Source: Fidelibacterota bacterium
GTDB taxonomy: Bacteria; Fidelibacterota; Fidelibacteria; Fidelibacterales; DSDE01
Direction: 5' to 3'
NCBI GenBank assembly: GCA_046735395.1
Contig: JBJKQR010000008.1
Coordinates: 1 to 64,000, forward strand
Length of the DNA: 64,000 nucleotides
Below are positions 1 through 10,285 of this stretch, piece after piece. The first letter of the stretch is position 1. Each line of letters opens with the position of its first letter. The notes under the pieces are model-generated. The model saw nothing but the letters and a program-made list of their open reading frames with translations. It did not search any database and was not told where the DNA came from. Made by a program: the position numbers and the translations under genes.

Positions 1-864
1 CCCGGCCTGGAGCAGGTTCAGCTCATCCGGCCCGGCTACGCCATTGAATATGATTACTTCCCGTCCTGGCAGATCCGCGAAAGCCTGGAAACCCGCGCTC
101 TCGCCGGCTTGTATTTCGCCGGACAGATCAACGGAACCAGCGGTTATGAGGAAGCGGCCATTCAGGGGCTTCTGGCCGGAATCAATGCCGCCCGATCTCT
201 GTCCGACACGGATCCGGTGGTTCTTGCGCGGCATGAAGCCTATGCCGGTGTCCTCATCGACGACCTGATCACCAAGGAAACCCGCGAACCCTACCGAATG
301 TTCACCAGCCTGGCGGAATATCGTCTTCTGCTTCGTTACAACAATGCCCATGAGCGCCTGTTCACAATCACCCGGGATGTCGGCCTTCTGGATCCGGCCA
401 CGAGTGAACGCTTTGATAAACTTATCACCGACACCGAAATGCTGTCCGAGGCCTACCGGACAACGCGATATCAGGAACCCGGGGGCGGACAGGCCGGCGC
501 GCTCAACCTTGACCAGGCCATTAAACAGAAAAAAATTCATGACGGGGACATGGGAATCCTGCACCGCAACTATTTCCCCGACCAAGATCCGGAAGCCTGC
601 CTGCAGGCCGGCATCCTATCCCAATACGAGGGATACATCCGCCGCCAGAATACACAGATTGAAAGAACGCGAAAACTGGAACATCTGCGCATTCCTGAAG
701 ATCTTGATTTTGACCGCATCCCGTCTCTGTCCAACGAGGGACGGGAAAAACTGAAAAAACTGCAGCCCCGCGACCTCGGAAGCGCCGGCCGTATTCGCGG
801 CGTCTCCCCGGCAGACATCCAAATCCTGCTTCTGTATCTTCGGCAGGTTTCACGTGAAACATGA
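1..864 (+). CDS. mnmG: tRNA uridine 5-carboxymethylaminomethyl modification enzyme MnmG/GidA (5'-truncated by window edge)
   Basis: Frame open from base 1 (PGLEQVQLIRPGYAIEYDY); motifs YFAGQINGTSGYEEAAIQG, EPYRMFTS-AEYRL, ASRIxGVSPADI-like C-terminus. Confidence 0.97.
   Translation, partial: PGLEQVQLIRPGYAIEYDYFPSWQIRESLETRALAGLYFAGQINGTSGYEEAAIQGLLAGINAARSLSDTDPVVLARHEAYAGVLIDDLITKETREPYRMFTSLAEYRLLLRYNNAHERLFTITRDVGLLDPATSERFDKLITDTEMLSEAYRTTRYQEPGGGQAGALNLDQAIKQKKIHDGDMGILHRNYFPDQDPEACLQAGILSQYEGYIRRQNTQIERTRKLEHLRIPEDLDFDRIPSLSNEGREKLKKLQPRDLGSAGRIRGVSPADIQILLLYLRQVSRET
846..861. promoter_or_regulatory. parS centromere-like site
   Basis: GGTTTCACGTGAAACA, 15/16 match to consensus TGTTTCACGTGAAACA; overlaps last codons of mnmG (VSRET) and mfd start. 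Confidence 0.85.
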
Positions 865-3800
865 CAGAATTTAAATATTCGTCCCTGCTCGCAAACGGGT
901 TTCCGGACGGCAAACTCCGCCCCGGCGCCGATCCGCTTCGCATTCCGGACAATCCGGCCACGATTGCCCTCCTCATGGCATCGCTTATCGAAGCCGGCCA
1001 ACTGCCGATCTTTCTTCAGGACAATGAAGTAAAACGGGAAAACATTTACGACAGCCTTGTCTCTTTTTTCGGCGAAGAGCGCATTGCCTATCTGATGCCT
1101 CGGCCGGAAAGCGGCATTGCCTCTCCGGATGATGCCCGATTTCAGAACCAGATCCATAATCTGATTTCTCTGCTTCTTGATTCCCGAACGGCAGCGCTTT
1201 GTGCTCACTCCGAAGCCCCTGAATTAAAGATCCCGGACCGGGAGCTGATCCGCCGAAAAAAAGCCACCTTTCACCGGGGGCGCGAATATCAGTTTGACTG
1301 GATCCTCTCGGTGTTTTCAGACAGCGGATATCAGCGCAGCCCGCAGACGGAGCATAACGGCGAATTCAGTGTTCGCGGCGGAATCGTTGACATTTACCCT
1401 TTCGGCCGAAGCTCCGGGCTTCGCCTCGAATTATTCGGAGACACCCTTGAATCCATTCGGGAGTTCAATCCCCACTCCCAGCTCAGCACCCGCGAAATTG
1501 AGAGTTTCGAACTTTTACCCCGCCTTACCGGAGATGATCCGGACACCCTCCAATCCTATTTTCCCGCCAACACTGTAATCCTGTCCGCATCTCCGCCACC
1601 CCGAGATCTCGGCTTTCCGCTCATCCTTCTGGACGACACCATGCCGGCCCCGCGCTGGACACCCCCTCCGGATAAAACCCCCAGCGATATTATTGATTCG
1701 CTTCTACGTGAGAATAAAGAAATTCATCTGTTCTACGACCACGCCCTGCTGGTTGAAAACCTGAGAAAGGAATTTGAAAGCAGGCCAGGCCTCCACTTTC
1801 ATCACGCCATTCTTCACGATTCGCTGACAGACCACCACGGCAACCGGCTTCTCATAAACTGCGATCAATTGTTTCACGTGGAACATGTTGTAAATCCGGA
1901 CCGCCAGTTTATCCCCGATTATGCCGAGACACTGGATGCGCCCAGCGCCCTGAAATACGGAGATCTGGTCATCCATTCCGATTACGGCGTGGGCCGCTAC
2001 CTTGGTATCGAAACCCTTTTGAATGGCCGGGTTCGCCAGGATGCACTGGTGATTGAGTACCAGAACAATGATAAAGTCTATGTGGCCCTTAAATATATCA
2101 GTCGCATTTTTCGCTACAGCGGGGCAGATAATTTTACGCCGCACCTCGCGAATCTCCGGCGTTCCTCCGGCTGGGAAAGCACAAAGCGGTCCGTAAAAAA
2201 AGCGGTGCGGGAAATTGCCGCCGATCTTCTGCGCCTCTATGGCCAGCGACAGCAGGGCACGGGCTTCGCCTTTCACGGCAATGAAGATATGATGGCCGAA
2301 ATTGAACGGAGCTTTCCCCACACCGAGACGCCGGACCAGAAACGGGTGATCGATGAAATTTACGCAGACATGGAAACAAGCCACATCATGGACCGGCTGG
2401 TCTGCGGAGATGTTGGCTTCGGAAAAACCGAAGTTGCCATCCGGGCTGCCTTCAAGGCCGTATTGAGCGGAAAACAGGTCGCCGTCCTGGTTCCCACGAC
2501 GATTCTGTCCATTCAGCATTTTGAAAATTTCCTGTCCCGTTTCAAACCCTTCGGAATCACGGTGGAAATCATCAACCGCTTCCGGACGAAATCAGAATTA
2601 ACGCGATTATATCAGGCCCTGTCCGAAGGAGCCTGTGACGTCCTGATCGGAACCCATAAAATGCTGTCCGGCGCGTTTTCCTTCAAGGACCTCGGACTCC
2701 TGATCATTGACGAGGAACATCGATTCGGCGTTCGCGATAAGGATAAGATCAAACAGCTGAAAAACAATGTGGATGTACTCACGATGACCGCCACCCCCAT
2801 TCCCCGCACACTGGAATTCAGCCTCATGGGCCTGAGGGAAATTTCCCGCATCGAAACGCCGCCCAAGGAACGAATGCCCATTATCACGAAGATTCAGCAC
2901 TGGTCCCCGGATAAAATCGGCGAGGCGGTCCGCCGCGAACTTGATCGAAACGGCCAGATCATCGTTGTTTCCAACGACATTCATTCCCTGGATGCTATTG
3001 TAATGAGATTTGAAAAGCTGGCACCCGGCGCGAGGGTGAAATATGCCCACGGCCAGATGAAAGGCTCCGAACTGGAGAACCGCCTCATTGATTTCTATCA
3101 TCACAAATATGACATCCTCATCGCGACAACCATCATCGAATCAGGAATTGACATTCCCAATGCCAACACCCTGATCGTCTTTGACGCTCACCGTTTCGGG
3201 CTGTCCCAGCTATACCAGATCCGCGGCCGTGTCGGCCGGTCCCATCGGCGCGCTTATGCCTATCTCATCATTCCCAAACATAAGCTGCTGACACCCGAAG
3301 CCGAAAAAAGATTGCGTACACTTGAGTATTATACAGATCTGGGAAGCGGATATCATATCGCCATGCGTGATCTGGAGATCCGCGGCAGCGGAAACCTGTT
3401 CGGTACCGTACAAAGCGGTTTCATCAATACGGTCGGATATGATTATTACCTCTCCCTGCTGAACGAGGAAATCCGCAAGATAAACGAAGAGGTCCGGGAT
3501 GCAGAGTCTCAGCTGGATTTTCCCCCGGATGTCAGCCTGGGTATGGACGCATATATTCCGGATGAATACATTGACAATACGAACCTGAAGCTGGATCAGT
3601 ACCGCCGCATCAATGGCTCTGCCACCACGGAAGACCTGGACCGGAATATCCGCGCAATGATGGATCGCTATGGCCGCCTGCCGGAACCGGTCATAAATCT
3701 GATATTCGAAAAGAAACTGTCCCTCGCGCTCCAACCCTATTTTATAGAAAAACTTACCGTTCTCGAAAAGGAAATTTCCCTCTCATATCCCAAATCAGAT

Positions 3801-4001
3801 AACAACAGTGCGCTTCAGGATGCCGCACTGCGCTTTTCCTCCCTGTGTTACGAAAAGAATCTTGAATTGTTTTTCAGTACCCGCAAAGGCCTGTCCGCAA
3901 AAATACCACTGAAAAACACCCACCCGAAAGAGATCCTCGCGCGACTCTTTCCGGACATTGAAGCCCTCCCGGCAAAAAAGGAATTCATTGAAATAAATTG
4001 A
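861..4001 (+). CDS. mfd: Transcription-repair coupling factor
   Basis: UvrB-homology segment FSVRGGIVDIYP, RID/CarD domain, helicase motifs CGDVGFGKTEVA, DEEHRFG, TATPIPRT, QIRGRVGR, TRCF C-terminus. Confidence 0.97.
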   Translation: MTEFKYSSLLANGFPDGKLRPGADPLRIPDNPATIALLMASLIEAGQLPIFLQDNEVKRENIYDSLVSFFGEERIAYLMPRPESGIASPDDARFQNQIHNLISLLLDSRTAALCAHSEAPELKIPDRELIRRKKATFHRGREYQFDWILSVFSDSGYQRSPQTEHNGEFSVRGGIVDIYPFGRSSGLRLELFGDTLESIREFNPHSQLSTREIESFELLPRLTGDDPDTLQSYFPANTVILSASPPPRDLGFPLILLDDTMPAPRWTPPPDKTPSDIIDSLLRENKEIHLFYDHALLVENLRKEFESRPGLHFHHAILHDSLTDHHGNRLLINCDQLFHVEHVVNPDRQFIPDYAETLDAPSALKYGDLVIHSDYGVGRYLGIETLLNGRVRQDALVIEYQNNDKVYVALKYISRIFRYSGADNFTPHLANLRRSSGWESTKRSVKKAVREIAADLLRLYGQRQQGTGFAFHGNEDMMAEIERSFPHTETPDQKRVIDEIYADMETSHIMDRLVCGDVGFGKTEVAIRAAFKAVLSGKQVAVLVPTTILSIQHFENFLSRFKPFGITVEIINRFRTKSELTRLYQALSEGACDVLIGTHKMLSGAFSFKDLGLLIIDEEHRFGVRDKDKIKQLKNNVDVLTMTATPIPRTLEFSLMGLREISRIETPPKERMPIITKIQHWSPDKIGEAVRRELDRNGQIIVVSNDIHSLDAIVMRFEKLAPGARVKYAHGQMKGSELENRLIDFYHHKYDILIATTIIESGIDIPNANTLIVFDAHRFGLSQLYQIRGRVGRSHRRAYAYLIIPKHKLLTPEAEKRLRTLEYYTDLGSGYHIAMRDLEIRGSGNLFGTVQSGFINTVGYDYYLSLLNEEIRKINEEVRDAESQLDFPPDVSLGMDAYIPDEYIDNTNLKLDQYRRINGSATTEDLDRNIRAMMDRYGRLPEPVINLIFEKKLSLALQPYFIEKLTVLEKEISLSYPKSDNNSALQDAALRFSSLCYEKNLELFFSTRKGLSAKIPLKNTHPKEILARLFPDIEALPAKKEFIEIN
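1870..1885. promoter_or_regulatory. parS centromere-like site inside mfd
   Basis: TGTTTCACGTGGAACA, 15/16 match to parS consensus, encoded within LFHVEH. Confidence 0.85.
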
Positions 4002-4066
4002 AACAAAACGTATTTTCGGTCTTATGATAATAAATTTATGACAAGATGAGATAAAAGGAGAAAATT

Positions 4067-5722
4067 TTGAAACGCAGCCCCCTGATTTTAACATCCCTGT
4101 TCCTGCTGCTGGCAGCATCCTGTAACCACCCGGAAGGCACCATCGCAGTTGTTGACGGAAAAAATTATTCCCGGAATGATATCAAAGACGTATACAATCC
4201 GGATTATTTCGCAGCCCTTGATACCACATTAAAAGCAGAAAAACTGCAGCTCTTTGCGGATCGGATCGCATCCGCAAATGAAGTCAGCCGGATTCCGGTG
4301 GAAAAGAAAGGCAGTTTCCGAACAACCATGTTTGGCTGGGAGGAGCGCTATCTTCTGGAGCACCTCTATGATCAGACCGTCGTATTGAAAACAATCACGC
4401 CGGCCACCCTCCGGCGCATTCACCGAAACATGAGCCGTCAACGCCATGTCAAACACATTTTTGTCAATATACGGAATAAGGACCGGGAAAATACAATCTG
4501 GCGCCTGAACCGGGCTCTCACCACCGATAATTTCGAATCGCTCGCCTCACGTTATTCGGACGATAAAATGACAGCAAAAAAAGGCGGCGACCTGGGTTTT
4601 GTAAGCAGCGGACAGATGCCGTCCGCCTTAGATTCGGCGATCTTTGAAGCGCCGCTCAACAAAGTATCCGCTCCCGTTCAGACAATGTATGGAACAGACT
4701 ACTTTATAGTGACCGAAGATAAACAGCTGGATACGCTGTCCTTTGAAAAGCAGTACGACGCTGTTCTGAATATGGCCCGTAAAATGTATGCGATGACACT
4801 GCGCAAGAAGGGCGATGCCTATCTGGACTCGGTCAATAAAGCCAATCATCTCTACATTTATTCAAAGAATCTATATCTGATTGCCGATTCGCTGCACAGC
4901 TGGAACGTGTCCCCGAATCGCGCCCCGGAAGACAGGGGCCTGCTTCCCTTTCTCTATTCCCTGTCGGATTCTCTTCCCATCGCCGTCTGTAACGACACGC
5001 TCACTCTATACCAGGATTGGCTCATCAAATACATTCTTATCTCTCCCAAAGATGCTGCGGACCTCGTCGCCGAACAGCAGATCGAACGCTTCATGCAGAA
5101 GAATTTCTGGAATTACTGTCTCGCCGTGGATGCGAAATCAAAGGGAATTCAGAATGAACCAGCGTTCCGGGAGGGTTATCGCCGCACGTCTAACGATGCT
5201 GCCTATAAATTTTATCTGGATTACAGCATAAAGAATGCAAATCCCTCCGATAGTAAGCTGAAGACTTTCTACGATAAAAACCGGGAAAAGCTCTGGAAAA
5301 ATCCGGCGGAGGTTCAGGTTCAGGAAGTCTTTGTCCGCGATTCCCTTCTTTCCGCTGAATTGTATGCCCGGCTCCGGAATGGAGAAAATTTCGATTCGGT
5401 TGCCGTTCATTATACGGAGCGAAAAAACCGGCCTGACTCAAAAGGCGTCCTTCCCTATTTCGTCAAGGGCAGATATGGGGCAATGGGCGATGCGGCCTTC
5501 ACGATGAAAAGCGGTGAAATCGGCGGGCCCTTTCATATTTCGGACGGCTATTCCATTATTCGAGTCCTTGATCACAAGGATGAAAGCTTCAAACCGTTTG
5601 ACGAAGTAAAGGACAATGTAAAGACAAGCTGGCTTCGTGAAAATAAAAACGCAATTGTAGATAAATCATTGAAAAAACTCAGACGGAAACATCATGTCAA
5701 ACTCTATCCTCAGGCGCTATAG
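4067..5722 (+). CDS. Parvulin-type peptidylprolyl isomerase lipoprotein, two PPIase domains
   Basis: AAGGAG RBS, TTG start, lipobox LAASC; FESLASRYSDD...GGDLGF and second rotamase domain. Confidence 0.88.
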   Translation: MKRSPLILTSLFLLLAASCNHPEGTIAVVDGKNYSRNDIKDVYNPDYFAALDTTLKAEKLQLFADRIASANEVSRIPVEKKGSFRTTMFGWEERYLLEHLYDQTVVLKTITPATLRRIHRNMSRQRHVKHIFVNIRNKDRENTIWRLNRALTTDNFESLASRYSDDKMTAKKGGDLGFVSSGQMPSALDSAIFEAPLNKVSAPVQTMYGTDYFIVTEDKQLDTLSFEKQYDAVLNMARKMYAMTLRKKGDAYLDSVNKANHLYIYSKNLYLIADSLHSWNVSPNRAPEDRGLLPFLYSLSDSLPIAVCNDTLTLYQDWLIKYILISPKDAADLVAEQQIERFMQKNFWNYCLAVDAKSKGIQNEPAFREGYRRTSNDAAYKFYLDYSIKNANPSDSKLKTFYDKNREKLWKNPAEVQVQEVFVRDSLLSAELYARLRNGENFDSVAVHYTERKNRPDSKGVLPYFVKGRYGAMGDAAFTMKSGEIGGPFHISDGYSIIRVLDHKDESFKPFDEVKDNVKTSWLRENKNAIVDKSLKKLRRKHHVKLYPQAL

Positions 5723-6491
5723 CCTTCTCCTACTCATTTTCCTGATCGGGGTCTCCTGCTCTCAGGAAAAGAAACGGCGGCCTTATGCGCTGAGAATTAA
5801 TCAGAATTATTATGACAATGCTGCCATTTACCGGAACACGTCTTCGGGCCTGCTTCTGAATCAGAATGACAGCATCGCAGTCAGGGATCGCTGGCTGTCC
5901 AGAGAGCTGCTGTATCAGGAAGCGCTGTCCAAACATCTTGATAAGGATCCTCTTATTCTCGGTGAAGTGAACAGCTATAAGCGCGACCTTCTGGCCAATA
6001 AATTTCTGGATATTTATTTCAGTGAAAAAATTTCCGTGAGCGACGATGAGATTGTCAAATATTATCAGGACAATCGCTCCTCGTTTCGCCTTACAACAGA
6101 TCAGGCCCGTATCGTCCACTATCTTTTCGACAACCTGGATGATGCGAACTCCTCCAAACGGATTCTTCTCTACGGCGACGCATCACAGAAAAACTCTCTC
6201 ACCGAACGCTTCATGCCCGAAGAAAAGCTGGTCACACAGGGAATGCTCATTAAAATTCTGGATGACGCGGTCTTTGACAATCCGCGTCCCAATGAAATCA
6301 TCGGCCCTCTTCACAGTGAATATGGTTACCACGTCATAGAGGTAAAGGAATATTTTCCAAAAGACACCTATCTGCCGGTGGCGGAGGTTCGCCAGAGTAT
6401 CCGTGAACGAATCGGAAATACGAAAAAACAGCAGGAATATCAGATTCTTGTAAATAACCTGAAGGATAAATATGATATCGAATTTCGTTAA
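5694..6491 (+). CDS. PPIase-family (foldase/EpsD-like) lipoprotein with degenerate rotamase domain
   Basis: Lipobox GVSC; VSDDEIVKYY, GPLHSEYGYHVI; between two other PPIases. Confidence 0.8.
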   Translation: MSNSILRRYSLLLLIFLIGVSCSQEKKRRPYALRINQNYYDNAAIYRNTSSGLLLNQNDSIAVRDRWLSRELLYQEALSKHLDKDPLILGEVNSYKRDLLANKFLDIYFSEKISVSDDEIVKYYQDNRSSFRLTTDQARIVHYLFDNLDDANSSKRILLYGDASQKNSLTERFMPEEKLVTQGMLIKILDDAVFDNPRPNEIIGPLHSEYGYHVIEVKEYFPKDTYLPVAEVRQSIRERIGNTKKQQEYQILVNNLKDKYDIEFR

Positions 6492-7767
6492 GGGAGCCTT
6501 CGCTCTTCTCTTTACAGCCCTGATTTTTGTTATGGCACCGGCGCAGCAGCTCGTGGACGGAATCGCAGCCCTGGTCGGTGAAAAAATCATTCTCGTTTCG
6601 GATGTGAACCAGATGGCCATGGAAATGGCCCGTCAGAACGGCGTCGACTTTCGCTATCAGCAGAGTCAGTTTCAGGCCTATCAGGAACAGGCGCTCAATG
6701 AGCTGATCAATGTGGAGATCATTCTCCTTCAGGCAGATGTTGATTCGATCACCGTAAAGGACCGTGACGTGGAAAATGCGGTAAACAATCAGGTTGATCA
6801 ATATCTTCAGATGGCCGGTGGTTCCGAGGAAGCTCTCGAGAGCGCGATGGGGATCTCAGTCAAGACACTCAGAGAAAAGCTGACGCCGCGGATAAAGAGC
6901 TCTCTTCTTGTTCAGCAGATGCAGGCAAAGAAATTTGAAAATATTTCCGTCACTCGTCCCGAGGTGATTGCCTTTTATGAAGCACACAAGGATTCCATAC
7001 CACCCATTCCTGCGCGCGTGGAAATCGCTCATATTCTCATGTCGCCCCGTGCGTCCGACTCAAAGAGCGCCGCTGTGAAAAAACAGCTGCAGGATATCCG
7101 CCAGCAGATCGTGGACGGGAAGATACGTTTCGAGGATGCGGCCAAAAAATACAGCCAGGATCCGGGATCCGCGGAACGCGGCGGTGATCTCGGTTTTGTT
7201 CCCCGCGGAACCTTTGTTCCGGAATTTGAAAAGGCCGCCTGGTCCCTGGAAGAAAATCAGCTCTCCGATATCATTAAAACACAATTCGGTTACCATCTCA
7301 TTCAGCTGCTTGAGAAGCGCGGAGAGCAGATCCACGCTCGCCACATACTCCTTACACTGCAGACGGATGACACCGATGTGCAGGAGACTATCAACAAGTT
7401 ATCCACATTGCGTCAAACCATCATAAATACTGGCGATTTCGAATCCGCGGCCCGGGAATACAGTGAAGACCCGGACGCTGTCACAAATGGCGGGTATCTG
7501 GGCGAGTTTCCTCTTAACTCAATGCAAATACAAGAGTTCTCCAATGTCTGCGATACCTTGAAACCCGGCGAGATTTCCATGCCCTTTAAAACACAGTATG
7601 GAATCCATATTCTAAAGTTGATTTCATATAAACCAAGTGAAAACATAGATTTATATAAACATTATAATATCGTGGAAAACATGGTTCTCAATGAAAAACG
7701 TCAGAATTACTGGAATAAATGGCTGCTGGGACTCCGCAATGATTTTTATGTAGAACGTAAAATGTGA
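6472..7767 (+). CDS. surA: SurA-family periplasmic chaperone/PPIase
   Basis: Signal peptide, VDGIAALVG SurA N-domain, two parvulin domains (YSQDPGSAERGGDLGF; YSEDP...GGYLG). Confidence 0.9.
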   Translation: MISNFVKGAFALLFTALIFVMAPAQQLVDGIAALVGEKIILVSDVNQMAMEMARQNGVDFRYQQSQFQAYQEQALNELINVEIILLQADVDSITVKDRDVENAVNNQVDQYLQMAGGSEEALESAMGISVKTLREKLTPRIKSSLLVQQMQAKKFENISVTRPEVIAFYEAHKDSIPPIPARVEIAHILMSPRASDSKSAAVKKQLQDIRQQIVDGKIRFEDAAKKYSQDPGSAERGGDLGFVPRGTFVPEFEKAAWSLEENQLSDIIKTQFGYHLIQLLEKRGEQIHARHILLTLQTDDTDVQETINKLSTLRQTIINTGDFESAAREYSEDPDAVTNGGYLGEFPLNSMQIQEFSNVCDTLKPGEISMPFKTQYGIHILKLISYKPSENIDLYKHYNIVENMVLNEKRQNYWNKWLLGLRNDFYVERKM

Positions 7768-8010
7768 GCTGTGGATAACTGTGGATAATCTGTTAATAAA
7801 AACCCGAAACACCCGCTACTTTCAAGATGTTTGTAAAACAAGCGGACTTTCCGGGTTTTGTTCTCACTTATCCACATTTCGGGGAGACTTGTAAACACAT
7901 GATTTTTTGCCGTCTTAACCCTCTTTTCCACATTTCCACACGCTTAATAATATTATTATTCTTTTAAATACTTAATTGTTTAAATTACTAAAGATAAATT
8001 TTTAGAGGAA
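7768..8010. promoter_or_regulatory. Probable replication origin oriC (DnaA boxes, DnaA-trios, AT-rich DUE)
   Basis: TGTGGATAA 7770-7778 and 7780-7788, TGTTAATAA 7791-7799, TTATCCACA 7868-7876, tandem TTTTCCACA/ATTTCCACA 7924-7940, CGC spacer, TTA-ATA-ATA-TTA-TTA trios 7944-7958, AT-rich tract; directly upstream of dnaN. Confidence 0.88.
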
Positions 8011-8014
8011 TGTT

Positions 8015-9139
8015 ATGAAATTCACTGTACCTAAACAAACATTGCAGTCAACACTTCAGCGTGTTATCAAGGTGACACCGCAGAGATCAACGCTTCCCAT
8101 TCTCAGCTGCATTCTTTTCACTGTCAGGGAACATGTTCTGGAACTGCGCTCAACGGATCTCGAACTGAGTGTGCATACACAGTGTGATGTAGTCAGTGAG
8201 GATAACGGCAGTATTGCCATTCCCGGAAGAATGCTTCTCGAGGTGACGAATGAACTTCCCAATACGGATCTGAATTTTGATGTGGACCTGACCAAGGACA
8301 GAGTGATGATCCGCACCAGTCTGGGTGGCGAATATGTTATTGTGGGCCGGCCTGCCAATGAATTTCCCAGCCTGCCACTCATTGAAGGCGACGCCGTTTT
8401 CAATTTTGAAGGCGATAAACTTCAGCGGATCATCGACAAGACTGCCTTTGCCGTTTCCCGGGATGAAATGAAACTGTCCCTGAGCGGAGTCTTGTTTCAG
8501 TTCAAAAAGGGTGAATTCCGCGCGGTTTCCACGGACGGCCACAGACTCGTTCGTTATGTCCGCCATGATTTTATAAATGAGGACCACCAGTTCGACATCC
8601 TCATTCCCACGAAATTTCTCTCCATTCTTTCCACAAATCTGAAAAATGATATGACGGTAGAATTGCATGTGGGGAAAAATCACCTCATGGCAAAATTTTC
8701 GGATATGGCTTTTTACACCCGTATCATTGAAGAACGCTTCCCGGATTATGAGAGCGTGATTCCCTCGAATAACAAACATATCGTCAAGGCCGATATTGAT
8801 GATTTTCTCTCGGTGGTAAAACGTATCGCTATTTTTTCCAGCAAGAATACGCACCAGGTTATCTTCAATCTCACGGACAATAATCTGAATCTGTCGACGG
8901 AAGACATTGAAACCGCCTCGACGGCAAATGAGGATTTTCCCGTTGAGTACGCCGGTGACGAGTTTAATATTTCCCTGAATGGCGAATATCTCAAGGATAT
9001 TCTTCGCCATATCGACGGAGACAATATCGAGATCCACATGAATTCCTATCTGTCCGCCACCCTGTTCTTCCCGGAAGAGCAGGCGCCCGGCGAAGATATT
9101 CTCATGCTTCTCATGCCGATTCGCAGCAACAGCAACTAA
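8015..9139 (+). CDS. dnaN: DNA polymerase III beta sliding clamp
   Basis: STLPILS, STDLE, AVSTDGHRL, FPDYESVIP, LLMPIR motifs. Confidence 0.97.
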   Translation: MKFTVPKQTLQSTLQRVIKVTPQRSTLPILSCILFTVREHVLELRSTDLELSVHTQCDVVSEDNGSIAIPGRMLLEVTNELPNTDLNFDVDLTKDRVMIRTSLGGEYVIVGRPANEFPSLPLIEGDAVFNFEGDKLQRIIDKTAFAVSRDEMKLSLSGVLFQFKKGEFRAVSTDGHRLVRYVRHDFINEDHQFDILIPTKFLSILSTNLKNDMTVELHVGKNHLMAKFSDMAFYTRIIEERFPDYESVIPSNNKHIVKADIDDFLSVVKRIAIFSSKNTHQVIFNLTDNNLNLSTEDIETASTANEDFPVEYAGDEFNISLNGEYLKDILRHIDGDNIEIHMNSYLSATLFFPEEQAPGEDILMLLMPIRSNSN

Positions 9140-9160
9140 ACATTCCGGATAAACATATCG

Positions 9161-10276
9161 ATGTCGCTCCAATCACTAAAAATAGTGAACGTTCGAAATT
9201 TTGATGAATTTTTTATGGAATTCACTCCCGGTGTCAATATTCTGCTGGGGCCGAACGGAAGCGGAAAAACGACGGTTCTCGAGGCAATCTATTACCTCTG
9301 CTTCCTGAAATCATTCCGTGGATCGACCGATGCCGAAATGCTGAAGGAATCCACGGACCACTTCAGCATCCGTGGACAGTTTGTCCGTTCCGGCTCGGAC
9401 GTGGAAATCCAGGCAAATTTTGTCCGGCGCGGGGCGCGCCGGATTCTGAAAAACGGGGTTCGCGCCGAGCGGCTGAGCGATGTGGTCGGTTTTCAGCCCC
9501 TTGTTCTTCAGAGCCCTGAAGATATCCGTATTACTCTGGGCGGATCCAAAGAGAAACGTCTTTTTTTCAACCGTCTCATTTCTCAGATCTATCCGGGATT
9601 TTTGGACGACCTGCTGCTCCACACCCGCCTGATGAAACAGCGGAATGCCTACCTGAAACAGCTGAAGGAAAAGAAGACATTCTCCTATGATACTCAGCTT
9701 GAAATCTATGATGACCAGCTTTCTGCCGTCAATTACAGCATTTTCCGCAGCCGAAAGGAAATCATCCGTGTCTATCTGCAGATTTTCACCGGACTCTACG
9801 CCGAGTTTTATCCCGATTCTGGCGAAGAACCCTTAATCCGTTATTCGTCCATGATTGAAGCGGAAGACAGGGACGAGTACCAGCGTATTTACCGTGAAAA
9901 AAGCCGGACGCGCGTTGAGTCGGAAATTGCGCTGAACCGGACGCTCCTGGGAATTAATTACGATAAGATAAAATTTTTTCGCGAAGGCCGGGACATGGAA
10001 AATTCCGCCTCCCAGGGAGAGCATAAACTGTGGATGGCGCTCATGCGGCTCAGTGAAGGGGAGCTGCTGCGCCGGGAATATGGCGAGGAGCCGCTATTTC
10101 TCTTTGACGATCTGTTTTCAGAGCTGGATCTGGACAGAACGGCAGAGCTGACCGGGCGCGTCGCAGATAAATCCCAGGTGCTCATCTCATCCACGGATCT
10201 CAGCGATGTCAGACGACACGGAATCTCTCTGGATAAGGACACAGTAAGGGTTTTAAATTTCAATAATAAATCGTAA
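9161..10276 (+). CDS. recF: DNA replication/repair protein RecF
   Basis: Walker A GPNGSGKT, KSFR, SQGE signature, LFDDLFSELD; dnaN-recF synteny. Confidence 0.95.
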   Translation: MSLQSLKIVNVRNFDEFFMEFTPGVNILLGPNGSGKTTVLEAIYYLCFLKSFRGSTDAEMLKESTDHFSIRGQFVRSGSDVEIQANFVRRGARRILKNGVRAERLSDVVGFQPLVLQSPEDIRITLGGSKEKRLFFNRLISQIYPGFLDDLLLHTRLMKQRNAYLKQLKEKKTFSYDTQLEIYDDQLSAVNYSIFRSRKEIIRVYLQIFTGLYAEFYPDSGEEPLIRYSSMIEAEDRDEYQRIYREKSRTRVESEIALNRTLLGINYDKIKFFREGRDMENSASQGEHKLWMALMRLSEGELLRREYGEEPLFLFDDLFSELDLDRTAELTGRVADKSQVLISSTDLSDVRRHGISLDKDTVRVLNFNNKS

Positions 10277-10285
10277 ATTATCCTG

